64,000 nt of DNA from Catajapyx aquilonaris (lineage: Eukaryota). The stretch covers positions 1 to 64,000 of the forward strand of contig JYFJ02001832.1 of NCBI GenBank assembly GCA_000934665.2. The letters run 5' to 3'. Under the pieces are notes generated by a model. It made no database searches and was not told where the DNA came from. It was given only the letters and a program-made list of their open reading frames with translations. Both the position numbers and the translations under genes were made by a program. This document shows positions 39,328 through 51,800 of this stretch, in pieces (position 1 is the stretch's first letter; each line of letters opens with the position of its first letter).

Positions 39328-39651
39328 GGACTGGTCACTCCCCCTCTTATCGCATTGGGAGGCTAACGGGATGGTTATGCACTCCGGAGCCACAGGTGGC
39401 GCTGATCAAGGCCCAGATTATATATACTTCATGGCCCATACCTCTAGCGCTCCTACAAGGGCCCTATTCAAATCTGGCTTCTCTCACTGATTCTCTTCGA
39501 CCTCATTGCATAGGGCCCAGGTAGGAGCACCACAGGTATGGGCCATGGAGTATATATAATCTGGGCCCTGATCAGCGCCGCCTGTGGCTCCGGAGTGCAT
39601 AACCTCCCCATTAGCCTCCCAACGCTATTAGAGAGGGGTAGTGTCCAGTCC
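39328..39651. mobile_element. Palindromic MITE
   Basis: TAA|GGACTGG ... CCAGTCC|TTA; ~130-bp arms (GGTTATGCACTCCGGAGCCACAGG / CCTGTGGCTCCGGAGTGCATAACC). Confidence 0.8.
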
Positions 39652-41337
39652 TTAGATATCTAGCCTGTGGCTCTTATAAAACAAATCTCCCAGGGAAAAT
39701 GGTTGATAATTTTGTAAACATTTCTCTTGTGATTTGCAATGTCTATTACAGGAACTTGTGTAGTTCCCAAAAGGCAACACCGTTTTGCAAGAAAATTTAT
39801 CATTTTGTTCCAGTATTGTGCACCAACATATCCAAACTGTTTTAAAAGCACAGCCTGAATACAGTAGTGTGGTATTGAGATACAGGAGTGGGAAATATAA
39901 TGTGTCTAGTCAGCTCAGATCCACATTGAAGGAAAAATAATAATTTATGTCTCCCATTTTGGGGCAGCCTTGGAATGCTCTCTCTCAAGGAACCTGCCTA
40001 CCTACATACCATTAGAATGATAAGATGACCTCTTGCAAATTGATCCATGTTACCCACTGTATGACCCATGTTCACATTGACTCTGCACATTGTATTTGAC
40101 AGTTAAATTAGCCAATCCATTTATTGCTCAGCTACACTGAAAGAATTAATAAGAGGCACAAAAACCTGGACAGAATAGTCAGGTCTAAAGGACAGACTAC
40201 TTTCAAGTGTCCTGCAGGGCCAGTTGCTTGATTGCTAGTAAAGCTACGACAAATGATTAATCATACATGAATAACATGGATCAACCACTGAAGAATTCAT
40301 CATTATTCATGCAACCAACTCTAGGTGTACTTTGTGGCCCAAAAATATTGCAACAAAATGTATATTTTCCTAACTCGTTAAAAATACCTTTGATATAATA
40401 TACAGAGCCATAAAGCACTACCTATATTGATGATGAAAATGACCAAATACAGGGCCTTGCTAATGATGTACCACAGCTTGATAAAATGAAAGGGAGTAAG
40501 GGATGGGAAGAAAAATATGGGTGAGTCATCCTTGCAGGAATAGTAATGCCAAGTAAGGTACTATCAGAGCAGTATTGTCGCAGACACTCTCCCATAAGAA
40601 AAGCATGTGAAAGTGGCCCAAATAATACTGTAGTTGATAGTACATCATATTATAGTATGAAATTGAAATTCCCTGTCAAAAAAGAGCAGGAGGAATATGC
40701 AGCAAAAGAGAATGCAGGCTTGGCAACTGGCATGATAATATATTACACCACTTTCCAACACCCTGTTGTTACATGCATTTTTGATGTAAAACTTGAGCCA
40801 CCATTAGGCCTACTGCACATTGCAGGTGCAACAGCCAGGATTCATAGGTTTGGCAGGCAGGTTGCCTGGAAGGTGTTTGACTTTGTCATGTATTGTTGCG
40901 AATACAAGCAAGTTCACCTCTCAGCGAAGTTGCCAGCTCAGAGGAGAGGAAAAATTGCCCACTAGATATCCATCAATATGGATCATGAGCTTATTTTTGG
41001 GATTCATTGAATATTGCATGTTTGTATTTCATCACAATAAAAACAAATGCCAAATGGGGGCAGAAGCATACTTTGATTTTCCACATTTTAAAAACTTGAA
41101 CAAAAAATGTTGCTGCGCATAAAAACATTGCGTTTCTTGTAAATTCCTGGTACAATATGTGCAAAAAATACATTAAAAAACAAACACATTAACGTGAAAA
41201 GACCAATCATGGCACTACATTACAAATGGCTGGGTGATACTGTACACTGTCACTGAGCTGTTGTGCATCCAACTGGTTACTGTTGATGAAGGCTACTCCA
41301 AAGTTCAGATCCATTCCTCAGATCTGTAAGGTGGTGA

Positions 41338-41392
41338 TTATTTGATCCCTTTCTTCCTTTTTAAGTCTTGAATCATTAGCTGGAAGTCTAAC
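41338..41392 (-). CDS. Candidate alternative last coding exon of the BCH gene (Q-LDFQLMIQDLKRKKGIK*)
   Basis: TTGTTGCAG acceptor at 41393-41394, in phase 2 with the donor at 44871; open to TAA at 41340-41338. Confidence 0.55.
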
Positions 41393-41739
41393 CTGCAACA
41401 AAGAATTGCACTAATGTATTACATCAAGACAATACAGCATGGTTGAAAATGACTCCAGAGCTGTCCTGGAGAATGGAAAGGGGGGACATTTTTTCAGTAT
41501 ACGGTACTTAAAGACTACTTTCACATCTCTCCAAACACTCAGTTGGCAAGTGTCCTACCTCCATGACGTGGTTAATATTTAATTGAGATAGTGTTTAAAA
41601 TGAATCAAATTGAAAAACTGACCACCTATTTGGAATCAGGAAGTCCTTTTCTGGTCGTTGGAGCCCAACAAGTACAATGACTGACCTCACCCTCTTGCCC
41701 TATTATAGGCCCGTGGCCTTTTGGCGGCTCCTCTTTTAA

Positions 41740-42570
41740 CCCTGTCTACGGCTGGATTCTGCACTCTTTGGGTGGGGGTTTTAAAATAGAGCCCTAGGTG
41801 AAAATCATTGGATCTGGTACCATTGGTTTCGCTCTCGATTCACGCACAAGATGAGGATGAAGCGTCTGAGACCTACAAACCTGAGTTTCATCTTGAGAGA
41901 GCCATGTACCGCCTCATATAGTATGCACAAGGTGATGTCTTCCTATTGCGACATCTACATGTTTTTTTTAGGTGGCTTCCACCCCTCGTAATAATCCAAG
42001 ATAATTCTACATTGTTGCCCACTCCTGATGAATTATGAAAACATTAAGTGTCTGTTTAAAATTTTTTAAAGGTCTCTTTTAAACAGAGGTCATGTGAACC
42101 ACCAGGTGCAACAAATGGTGGCTCAGGTGGCAAGCGGCCACCACCTAGAGCTCGGAGCAGTCCACCCGGCCAATTAGGAGTGAGAACACCTATTACGACC
42201 GAAATAGGGGCATGGAAGTTTGCCTACCCTTGACAGATCGTTCTGATTTTTTGCCCAGCGAAAAGTAAGTCGCCGAATTTTGGGATTTTTAAAATGGTTT
42301 TCAGCGGCACATCCACTTACCAGGAAATACGCAAGGAGCTATGTGTATTTAAATTCGTGCAGCGTTTGTTTACAATGAATGAGACCTTTAGCCTATGACC
42401 TAATGCCATGAAAAATATAAGTGGCATAAATACTCATGAATAGAGCCTTAGGTAACTCTTCTAGTTTCTATGGTGAAATATTTCCATCGGGGTTATACCA
42501 GTAAATTTAAACAAATAATTTTGTGTGGTTGAATTATAATGCAACCATCATGGCCGCAGTAGACAAAGGG
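41740..42570. mobile_element. piggyBac-like MITE
   Basis: TTAA|CCCTGTCTAC ... GTAGACAAAGGG|TTAA; homolog of 21062-21713 with about 180 bp extra internal sequence. Confidence 0.8.
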
Positions 42571-42680
42571 TTAACTGACCAACTTTCATCATGCACTGTT
42601 GATTGTGCGAGGAAATGGGAGAATCTCTATAAAATTCATGCAAACATGAAGAGAACCCATACAAATTCTTTACACATTTA

Positions 42681-43234
42681 CTGTATTACCTCACTTAAAG
42701 CGGCATGCCAGTGTAGTCAAGGTCAACCAGTTTTTAGAAATGCATGATCTGGTGGCTATACCGGCATGTCGGTCTAAGTGAGGTATGCCGGTATAAGTCG
42801 AGGTTTTAACTTACGTTATCTTTCCTAACTTGATAATTTTTGCCTGATAATCGAAATCCACGTAAAGGCTATATCAAAAAGGCACATTTTCCACCCAGCG
42901 AACAATTGAGCAAAGCAAAGTAATGAATGAGTGTGTTAATCCTTTGTGATGGAGTAGGGGGTTCCCCTCTCAAAGCAGGCTGACGATGGGATTGGTCACA
43001 CTCTATGCACTGTGCAACAGAACTTGCTTATGCTCACAGCCCTGTACACTCCCATTTTTCATCATAACATTATTTTAGAAGGGTACAAGAAGCACTCCCA
43101 CCAGAAAATGACAAGGGTAAAAAGGATGGTAATCTACTGCGGTTTTTGAGGCATTCCGGGCACCCCCGGGTTATACTGCCATGCTGGTAGACCTCGTTTT
43201 ATACCGGAATGCCGCTTTAAGTGAGGTAATACGA
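42681..43234. mobile_element. pogo/Tigger-like MITE
   Basis: GTATTACCTCACTTAAAGCGGCAT ... ATGCCGCTTTAAGTGAGGTAATAC, TA flanks. Confidence 0.75.
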
Positions 43235-44316
43235 TAAAAAAATCCTCTGTCCAACCCAGGGATCGAAATCAGGTCGAGAGAGATGAAGGCTGTGCTGGTG
43301 TTAACATTTATACTTCATTCATACAAGCCTGCCATCCATGCACACATGCCACTTATGGAGGTTCAGTAACTCCTGTGTGACGTCCGCCTTATTTATTTAT
43401 TCACAACAAGTAGAAATGAACATTTGCCTCTCTGTTTAAATTGGTTTATATAGATGTATAAATTATTTATTAACTATGACTTCTGTCCCAATACATCATA
43501 CATAGTACCAGAATTGACTATGTTTTGGATGAGAGCAACCAATGTTAACTGCACTGTGAGACAATTACATGCCCTCTTTTCTTTTCACTTGGCAGTATAC
43601 TTTATTCTAAAAGCATAAATGTAAGAATACCAATAAGAAGAAGACATGCAGAACAAGGCCATGAAATTTGACTAGCAGTGGTTATTTTATTGCACAAGTG
43701 GAATACACTACTATGAACAAAAATCCAACTGTATTTGAAAAGTAATGCACCTATAAAACACTTTTAATATGGCTCAGGTACACTCTGTGGATATATGCAT
43801 CTGACAACCCCATGAATCTTGAACAAAATGAAGTGAACCAAATTTAGGTTTACTTCATTTTTTTCATGCACCAAATGTCACTGCAACCCAACAAAAATGT
43901 AATGGCATTAGGAAGTAGCCCAAGGGCAACTCATGCGGACAAATTCTGGATCAAGCATGCCAATACTATTCACACACACATTCACACTGAAAATGAATAA
44001 ATTATGAGTCACAACATCACACAGGTTCCCATTTCCAAAAACTGCTTCACAAATAATACGTCTCCCTATGTGGTTGGCGGTTTCTCTGCAGAAGCGCTTG
44101 ACCCATGCAAGCAAGGTACAATTACAATTAATGAATTTCAGCTACTTGGTGCACACAATTCTTTTAAAAGTTTGAAACAAAATTGGCTTTAAAATAGTAA
44201 TGTTGCACCTTCTGCTGAGGTTCATAATTATAATAAAAATTTTGTGATCATGCCATATCATGCTAACATCTACAAGCAAACTTCACTTGAGATGTTACCT
44301 TCCAGAAAAACAGTTC

Positions 44317-45822
44317 TCATTTGCCGACTTCCAGAGCTTGTCTGATTTCATCATACCTTTGATAAGAGAAAGTGTATTAGTAAGAAACAGGACTTGATGT
44401 TAATGACTACCGCAGCACACCACATTAAAGCACTTGAAGAATTCTTTGAATTCAGAACTTCATGCATCACACTAACCAACTGTGTACATTTATTATAAAA
44501 TATTACATGCATATACCAACCACTGATGCTACCTCATTTGCAACTACAGATCACCATGCATTTTCCAGGTTGCAATAACTTCGGATTCGAAGATGACATT
44601 GTATGACATTGTATGACAGACACTATGTGGAATTTACCCAAGGAAATTACCCAAAGCACAGGTGGTTTTCAAACACACACCAAGCATTGCATAATACCAA
44701 CACTTATAATTTCCTTTTAATAATAATAAAACATTACTTCACACAGATCAAACAGCAACCTTAATTTAAATTCATTGTTCCCATGATCAATAATTCACAT
44801 TTTAAACTGGTTTGAGGAAGATTAGTAACACCGCTGAGCAAAGCTGGCAAGATGAAACTGAGCAGACTTACTGTTTCACACGGTCCGGTATACACACTTG
44901 ATCCATTGGTATCAACTGGGATAAATCATCTAGGTTGCTTACAAAGCGAAGTTTACGAGTAAATTTGGAACTGTGAAATGAAGGGTTTGTGATAAGTGCT
45001 GTAAAAAGGTTTCACATGTACCCATATCTTGGTAGAACCTACCTTACAAAAGGCCTAGTCATAAGGACAATAGTTTTGAGCCAGAAAGTTGGATGCACAA
45101 GGTAAAGTCCTTTGAGATTTTTCCTCAGGCGCCGATCAATCATCTGATAACAGCGTTTCAACCACCCAAATGTAGGCATACACCTTCCCAGTGTAGCTCC
45201 ATGTAGATAAATAAGGACATAATCTTCTGCCACCAACTGGTCTAAGGTCGTCAAGACGTAGCTGCAAAGTTTGTTTTACATTATTTGCTAACACACTGAT
45301 GCAGAAGATCCACCCTTTAATGATAAATTAACCTTTACAAATGATGACATGCTTTTCACAACAATCATAATTCGTGTATCTAATGATTGAGCAGCAAAAG
45401 ACAATGTGACTTAAAATTTCGGATTCCCTTTATGCATAGCCTACAGAAGTTCCTTCAGTTATGTACATACACTGTACTCCCAATTATCTGAGGGAGGCGA
45501 AGTGGCGCTGCGGTAACGTACGCGCCCACGGATGTTAAGGTCCCGGGATCAAATCCCGCCCGGGGAAACCCCCTTCATCTCGTGCAGAGTTCAGGGTCAC
45601 CTCTGGCTTTGTCTCGGGTGGTATTTCCAATGGACTAAACCACCTGGGGGAGTTCACTAAAAATGGCCACACAAGGACATTGCACTGCACCTTGCACATC
45701 CCCTCCTGTCATCCTGCCTGTGGGCCCGGGCGTTTCAATAAATAGGCACCGAAATGTACTTCTTAAATAAAGGTCAGTGCCATATGCCCCCAGGTGGGAG
45801 CGAAAGCACATTACCCCAGCAC

Positions 45823-45854
<32 letters not shown>

Positions 45855-48800
45855 CCGATTATCTGGGTGCGGATGACCCATGCATCACCAAAATATAAAA
45901 TTTAAAATGAAAGTCCAAAAATATGTATCGAATTTTCGTCCCACTGTTAGATACTAACTTAGCAATATCAGTGCCAACACTGGTAGACCTACTACTAAGT
46001 AAGCAGTAACTAGCAGTGGGGCGAAAATTCCGCCCACACACGCTGTATATACAGGGTGTTCCAGAGTTGACGACTCACTCTTTGAAACGTAATTACTTTC
46101 GAACGGAATAACATATTTATTTAATGTACGTACCAAAACATCAAGGAAATACTAACTTAAGACCTGTTCTCCATGGTATGGTCAACCACCCCCCCTTCCA
46201 CGTCGATGCAGGCCTGCAATCGCAAGGCGACGTTGTCGCACACCTTCCGACAGAAGTCAACAGGAATCGCGTTGAATTCTTGTGTGATTATGTCACGCAG
46301 ATGCTCCAGGGAGCCGATTCGATGGTGGTAATACTGGTGTAAACCTTTTCCTTCAGATAACCCCACCAGGCATCGGACTGCTTTTGATGGAGAACTTTCC
46401 AGTGCATCTCGGATGCGCTGTTTGTTTTCCTCATTCACAACTACTGTTCTCCCTTTGCCGGGTTTCTTTTGATCCAAGACACTTCCAGTTTCATCGAACC
46501 GTTGGTTTATCCTCGCAACAGTTTTTCGGGTAGGAGCCGGTCCACCGAAAAGGTTTGCCATTTGACGGCACACTTCTGTAACATTTTTTGTCACTGAATA
46601 CAGTCGAACACACTGGACACGTTTGAGGTTTCTCTAACGACAGTCTTGCTTCGGCCATTTTTGTTGCAAGACCTGAGCATTTCTTAGTACTGCCACCTAC
46701 ATGGAAGATTTTCGCACCCTCCCTTGATGTTTCGGTACGTACTTTAAATAAATATGTTGTTCCGTTCGAAAGTAATTGCGTTTCAAAGAGTGAGTCGTCA
46801 ACACTGGAACACCCTGTATATCTCGCCAACAAAAAAATATAAGACATTTTCAAGAAGACAAAATAAAAATTTATGGTAAGTTTTATTATTTTAATTCAAC
46901 CCAGCATCATACTCTGTATATAGTAGTGCCTTAAACCTGCGAATAGCTCATTATGTACTATGTCTGGGACCATTTTCAGATTATCCGTGTTTTCCGCTTA
47001 TCCGGCAACTCCCATGCAGTCATTAGCCTGGATAATCGGGAGTACAGTGTATGACTTGGCCATTCTTGACTCTAATGTGGTGGCCAATGAAAATGGTGCA
47101 TGAGCAGATTTTAAAAAGTTATGTTGCCTAAACTGAAGAATTTTATTGTGTGTGGCTTTTTCACACTTTCCTATTACGAAAAACGTTTTTCTGACCACAA
47201 AAAGTTACATTAGGCAGAAAATTTTGCCAATGTCATCATTTCTAGCCTCACACATAAGAAATACTGCTAAAAGACACCAATGACCTTGACTTTCCCAATT
47301 CTGTCATGGAAGACTTCCCCTAGACCTCCATAATTCTTCACCCAAATTTAACTCAACATCACTATTTTTAGTTTTAATACCATTTAACTGTTATTAACTG
47401 TGTAGTTAAGGAGGGACCTGAAGGACTTGTGCTACCCCCTCTCAGGTGGGCCTTTTAAGAGATGCAGTAGGGGGTTGTTTCTTAGCTTTTCAAGGGGTTT
47501 CTTAGTTTTCTCAGTCTGATTGCACATCCCAGGTCAGAGAGCACCACTCGACACTGCTGTTGGTGTGGATTGCATTGAACACAGATCATATAGAGAGAAA
47601 AAAATTATTTAAAAAGTGTCATGTGAACAACACGTAACTCGGCTTCACATCTACACCCTTCTCTGACCCTTCCCTAGGACAGTGAGGTTGCCACATCGTC
47701 GCAGGTGTAATAGTGCATTACAAGGGAACTCTTTCCAAAACTCCTAATCTCACACGGCAGCTACAAGGCACTACCAGGCAATCATCAACTAGAAACTAAT
47801 CAGTAATTATACACTGAATTAAAAGTTGACTTACAGAAAGAGATTGTCCATAACATAATCATAGTCTCGACGACTTCGATCTGGTAGGTAGCATGCACTA
47901 AACACTATGATTGCATTGTGACCACCATCACCCAAATAACCTCCATGTGACAAAACCTGCAAAAAAAATTCCATGTATTATTAGAGCAGGCAAAGCTAGT
48001 GAGAGTTGCTCAAATTAACCTCATGACTAATGGAGCAATACAAAAATATCAATGCAGGGCTAGGTGTATTGAAGAGGGCAAACCTATCACTTTCATGGAC
48101 ACAGATTGGTGCCTTTAAGGCTCACCTTCTTGTAGGGTTCGATAACTTTCATGTCTATGCGTCGCTCAATGCCTGCAATGATGCACTTTCTCCAACTTCT
48201 CTCCTCAGCATATTCTTCAGCAGCAGTGTACTCAGGGATTGGTTCAGGGTGTAACTTTCCAAGACGTTCTGCTATTGATTCTTCCATTTCATCAGGTGTG
48301 TCTATATCAGGAGTTAGAATTCCAACATCCTCATCATCAAAGGTCAAATCAGTAGTTTCTCCATCTAAAGTTGCTTCATCTGCTGTGCTGTGGTGGCCCA
48401 GCATTGAGTGAGAGTCATCTTCGACATCAGGTGCACTGAGGATATCTTCACTAACTAGGATTTTTTTCTTCCTTTGCCGGCCTAAATGACTAGGGCGTTC
48501 TGCAATCAAAGAAAAATAAGTTGCCTCATGTTGGAATGCAAAAGGTATGGTATTTTAGTAAAAGTGGATAATGGGCTCAGTGCAACATCAAAGGGCATAC
48601 TAAAGCAAAATTTTTGAAATCAATGAAATCCATAAAATCAAACTCTTTCAATACTGATTTGAGAACTACTCTAAGTGATATTCACAACAAATACATGCCA
48701 ACACTATAACACACTTATATAGTGGAAAGTGTGAACAAAAGGACCGACCTGGACCAATGCTTGTTGAATTCTGGTTACCTCCATTGTGCATCAGTGCATT

Positions 48801-51800
48801 TGTAGTTGAAAATGGTGGCAAGTTGACAAATCCATTAGGCTTTGGTTGTATCACTTGTTGATCCCTGTCCATAGCTGCTAGTGGAGATGAGTCTCCTGAA
48901 GAAACCCAGCCTTGAAGATTTTGAACATCTAACACTACACCTGTAGCAAGGGATGAAGTAGGCAAAATCTCTCCATTTTCCCTTGGAGAATCTAGGTGAA
49001 CTTCGATCATTGCCGAGTCACTTGCACTTGTAGGTGGTCTTCTCCCCGACTCAGCTGTTACATGCATCACCAAAGAGTCACTGTTGTTACTCATTCCAGA
49101 ATCATCCAGGCACAGCTTTGGTGCAATAACACGTTTAAGATGAGGAGTTGCCAATGTATCATTACTTTCAATGAAGAAGCCTTCAACAACCCTATCGTGA
49201 TTTCGCTTGCGAAACGAGCTGCGACTCTCCAGCCTGCAGTTCTCCGGTAAGGCTTCCTTACCCTGAGATTGTGGAACTTTTACTTGACTTCTAAGAAGCT
49301 GAGACCCACTTATATCATCAAAAGTAGCACTGATCTTAAACTGATCCCCCAACACTTGACCAAAACTCTCATCTAGTTCTCCATTCACGGAAATCTTCTT
49401 TTTTGTCACTGATGTGTGTAGAGGTACATCACTTGAGTTTGAACCAGGGTTAGAATATGACCAGAACAGAACCTTCATCACATCCCTATCAAGAATACTT
49501 GCATATGCCTCACTGTTGCTGACAATCTCTTCAATTTCTGATGGAGTCAAGATGTCTTGCAAGTAGCCTGACAGAGTGTAATTATCTTTGCACTTCTGTT
49601 TATCGAAACACTCATTGATTCTATCCACAGTTTTTTGATCGATGACTAGGTTGTCAGAATTAACACTCAAATTTTCCAAGTCACTGTCTGCAGCATCATT
49701 TGTACAATTAGTGTCAAGGATAGGGCTAGCACCACATTCAAAATGCACCTGGTCTTCTTCTTTATCTGGGGTTGAAGTCTTTTGTGCATTATTGCCCATT
49801 TTTACCTTTCTTGTGAGAACGGGCTCTTCATGAAGAAGGCTTTCAAGACGCTTAATGTGCTCCATGACCACTTCATTGTCATTTATGGAATCACCATGAC
49901 TAACCCCCGACTCTTCCTCCAAGGGCTCTTCCAAAACAACATAATGATCCAAATCTGCTGGATGAGGAACAATCTTTCGCCTGATGCTACCATGCCTGCG
50001 CAGCTCTCCAGACTTGACTATGTTTTCAATACGATCAGCATCAGGCATGTTGATGGTAGTTTGCCTTAGTTTCTGTCTGAAACTCCTCTGTCGCGACATG
50101 ACATTTTGATGTGTTAGTGGCATGTGATAATCTTCATAGTAGTCCTCCAGATCACTATCACCATCAGAAGTTTCCCTTTTCCCCTCTCTTGCTTCACCCT
50201 GAGCATAATCCATATTGTCTACAGGGTTTTGACAGGCTGTGAAAAGGTGCATTCACAACATAAAAGGAACTGAAAATATAGCCTATAATTTTTTAAAAGG
50301 CCAACATGCTTTGCATTCATTGCACATTGATAGATATTGAGGTGCCTTCTATTATTGCAGCTCACTTTTTTTCAAATTATTGACAACACTAACTTTTCAT
50401 CTTCTCACAACTTATTTGCATAACCCAGTGGATCTAAGTGAATCCCAAATTCCTCCTACCACAGCATTATCTTCTGTCAAAAGTCCCTGAGAAGCCATAC
50501 AGCCAGGTTTTTACTAGCAGTCGCAAGCAAATTTCATGAGCATAAATAATAATTGTGGAACAATTTTTTAAAAAAAAACAATGCAATAGTTGCACTGCAA
50601 ATGAGAAAACATTTTAAACAATTTTTAACAACCTCATTGGTAATAATATATTAATCACAGCAAGGAATTTTTTAACCAAATTGGGGCAACTCATTATGTG
50701 AGAACTGGGTAGTTGTAATGTGCAAAAAATGCTAAATGTTGACATTAACTACATAATCAATACAAACTAAATAATAATGCAAGCCAACATTTACAAAACA
50801 CATGCTTTGCATGAATATGGACATAAATCATCTTTGTCACCTACCTTTCTTTAGGCGAACATCTCCCAAACCTGGTGAAAGAATGGCACGATACGTGGAC
50901 GGATCATCATCATCGTCTTCACCATCCTCCATATTACCTGCAAAGCACAAAAACCTTTACTTCAACTTTTACCTTAGATACTTAAGTTGTGCACAGACAT
51001 TTCCAATCTCCAGGTGAAAAGCATGAAGCCCAACCAAGTGTCAGGCAATGCAGTTCATACCTGCATTATCTAATTCCTCTTGTGGCACTGCCATCCCCTG
51101 GGCTCCATAAGAACTTTGTGCCAATAATTTCATTTGCTTGGGACTGCTTGGAAAATCAACTGGAAAAACAGTGACACAAATGTACTCGACTCTCTTTTGA
51201 AATTAAATGCAGGTCAGAGAAATTCTACGTAGAGCAATTCTAGTGAATAAAATCCTTCCAAGTGACAAGTTTATCTCTATGTGGAGAACTTCTCACTGAC
51301 CTGTTTCAGCTTGGTAACTCCCTGAGCTTGGAAGTTCCAATTCCAAGACGCCACCAAAATTCGCACCTGATGTGGACTGACTCCTGTTGACTGGTGACAT
51401 CTGAGGCAAATCATTGGAACTTCTGTTATCTACATTGCTGTCCCAGTTTTCTGCTATCTTATCACGATTGTCAACACTCTGTTCTCTGTTGTCTATGTTG
51501 CCATCCTGATTGTCCAGTGTCCCATTCCTGTCGCTAGTGATGGAATTCACATCCTGAAATGATAAGGTACATAACATGAAAAATTACACCAAGAATTGTT
51601 ACATATGCTTTTCCAAACTTACTATCTGTTTCGGTTAGAGTCTTTCTCACTGCAAGCTTGCTTATGCTGTAACTTTCAGTTCATTTTAAGAACTCACACA
51701 ATTATTTTATATTACAAGGTTGAATGGAAGAAAACCTGAATTTCAATGAATTTTTGAGCAAAATACATTGGGAATAACCCACATGGAACCTTACTGGCAT

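Larger units (their letters stand above)
45470..47049. mobile_element. pogo-like MITE hosting a SINE (45491-45852), a small hairpin (45929-46032) and a Tc1-type element (46052-46816)
   Basis: TA|CACTGTACTCCCAATTATC ... GATAATCGGGAGTACAGTG|TA. Confidence 0.75.
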
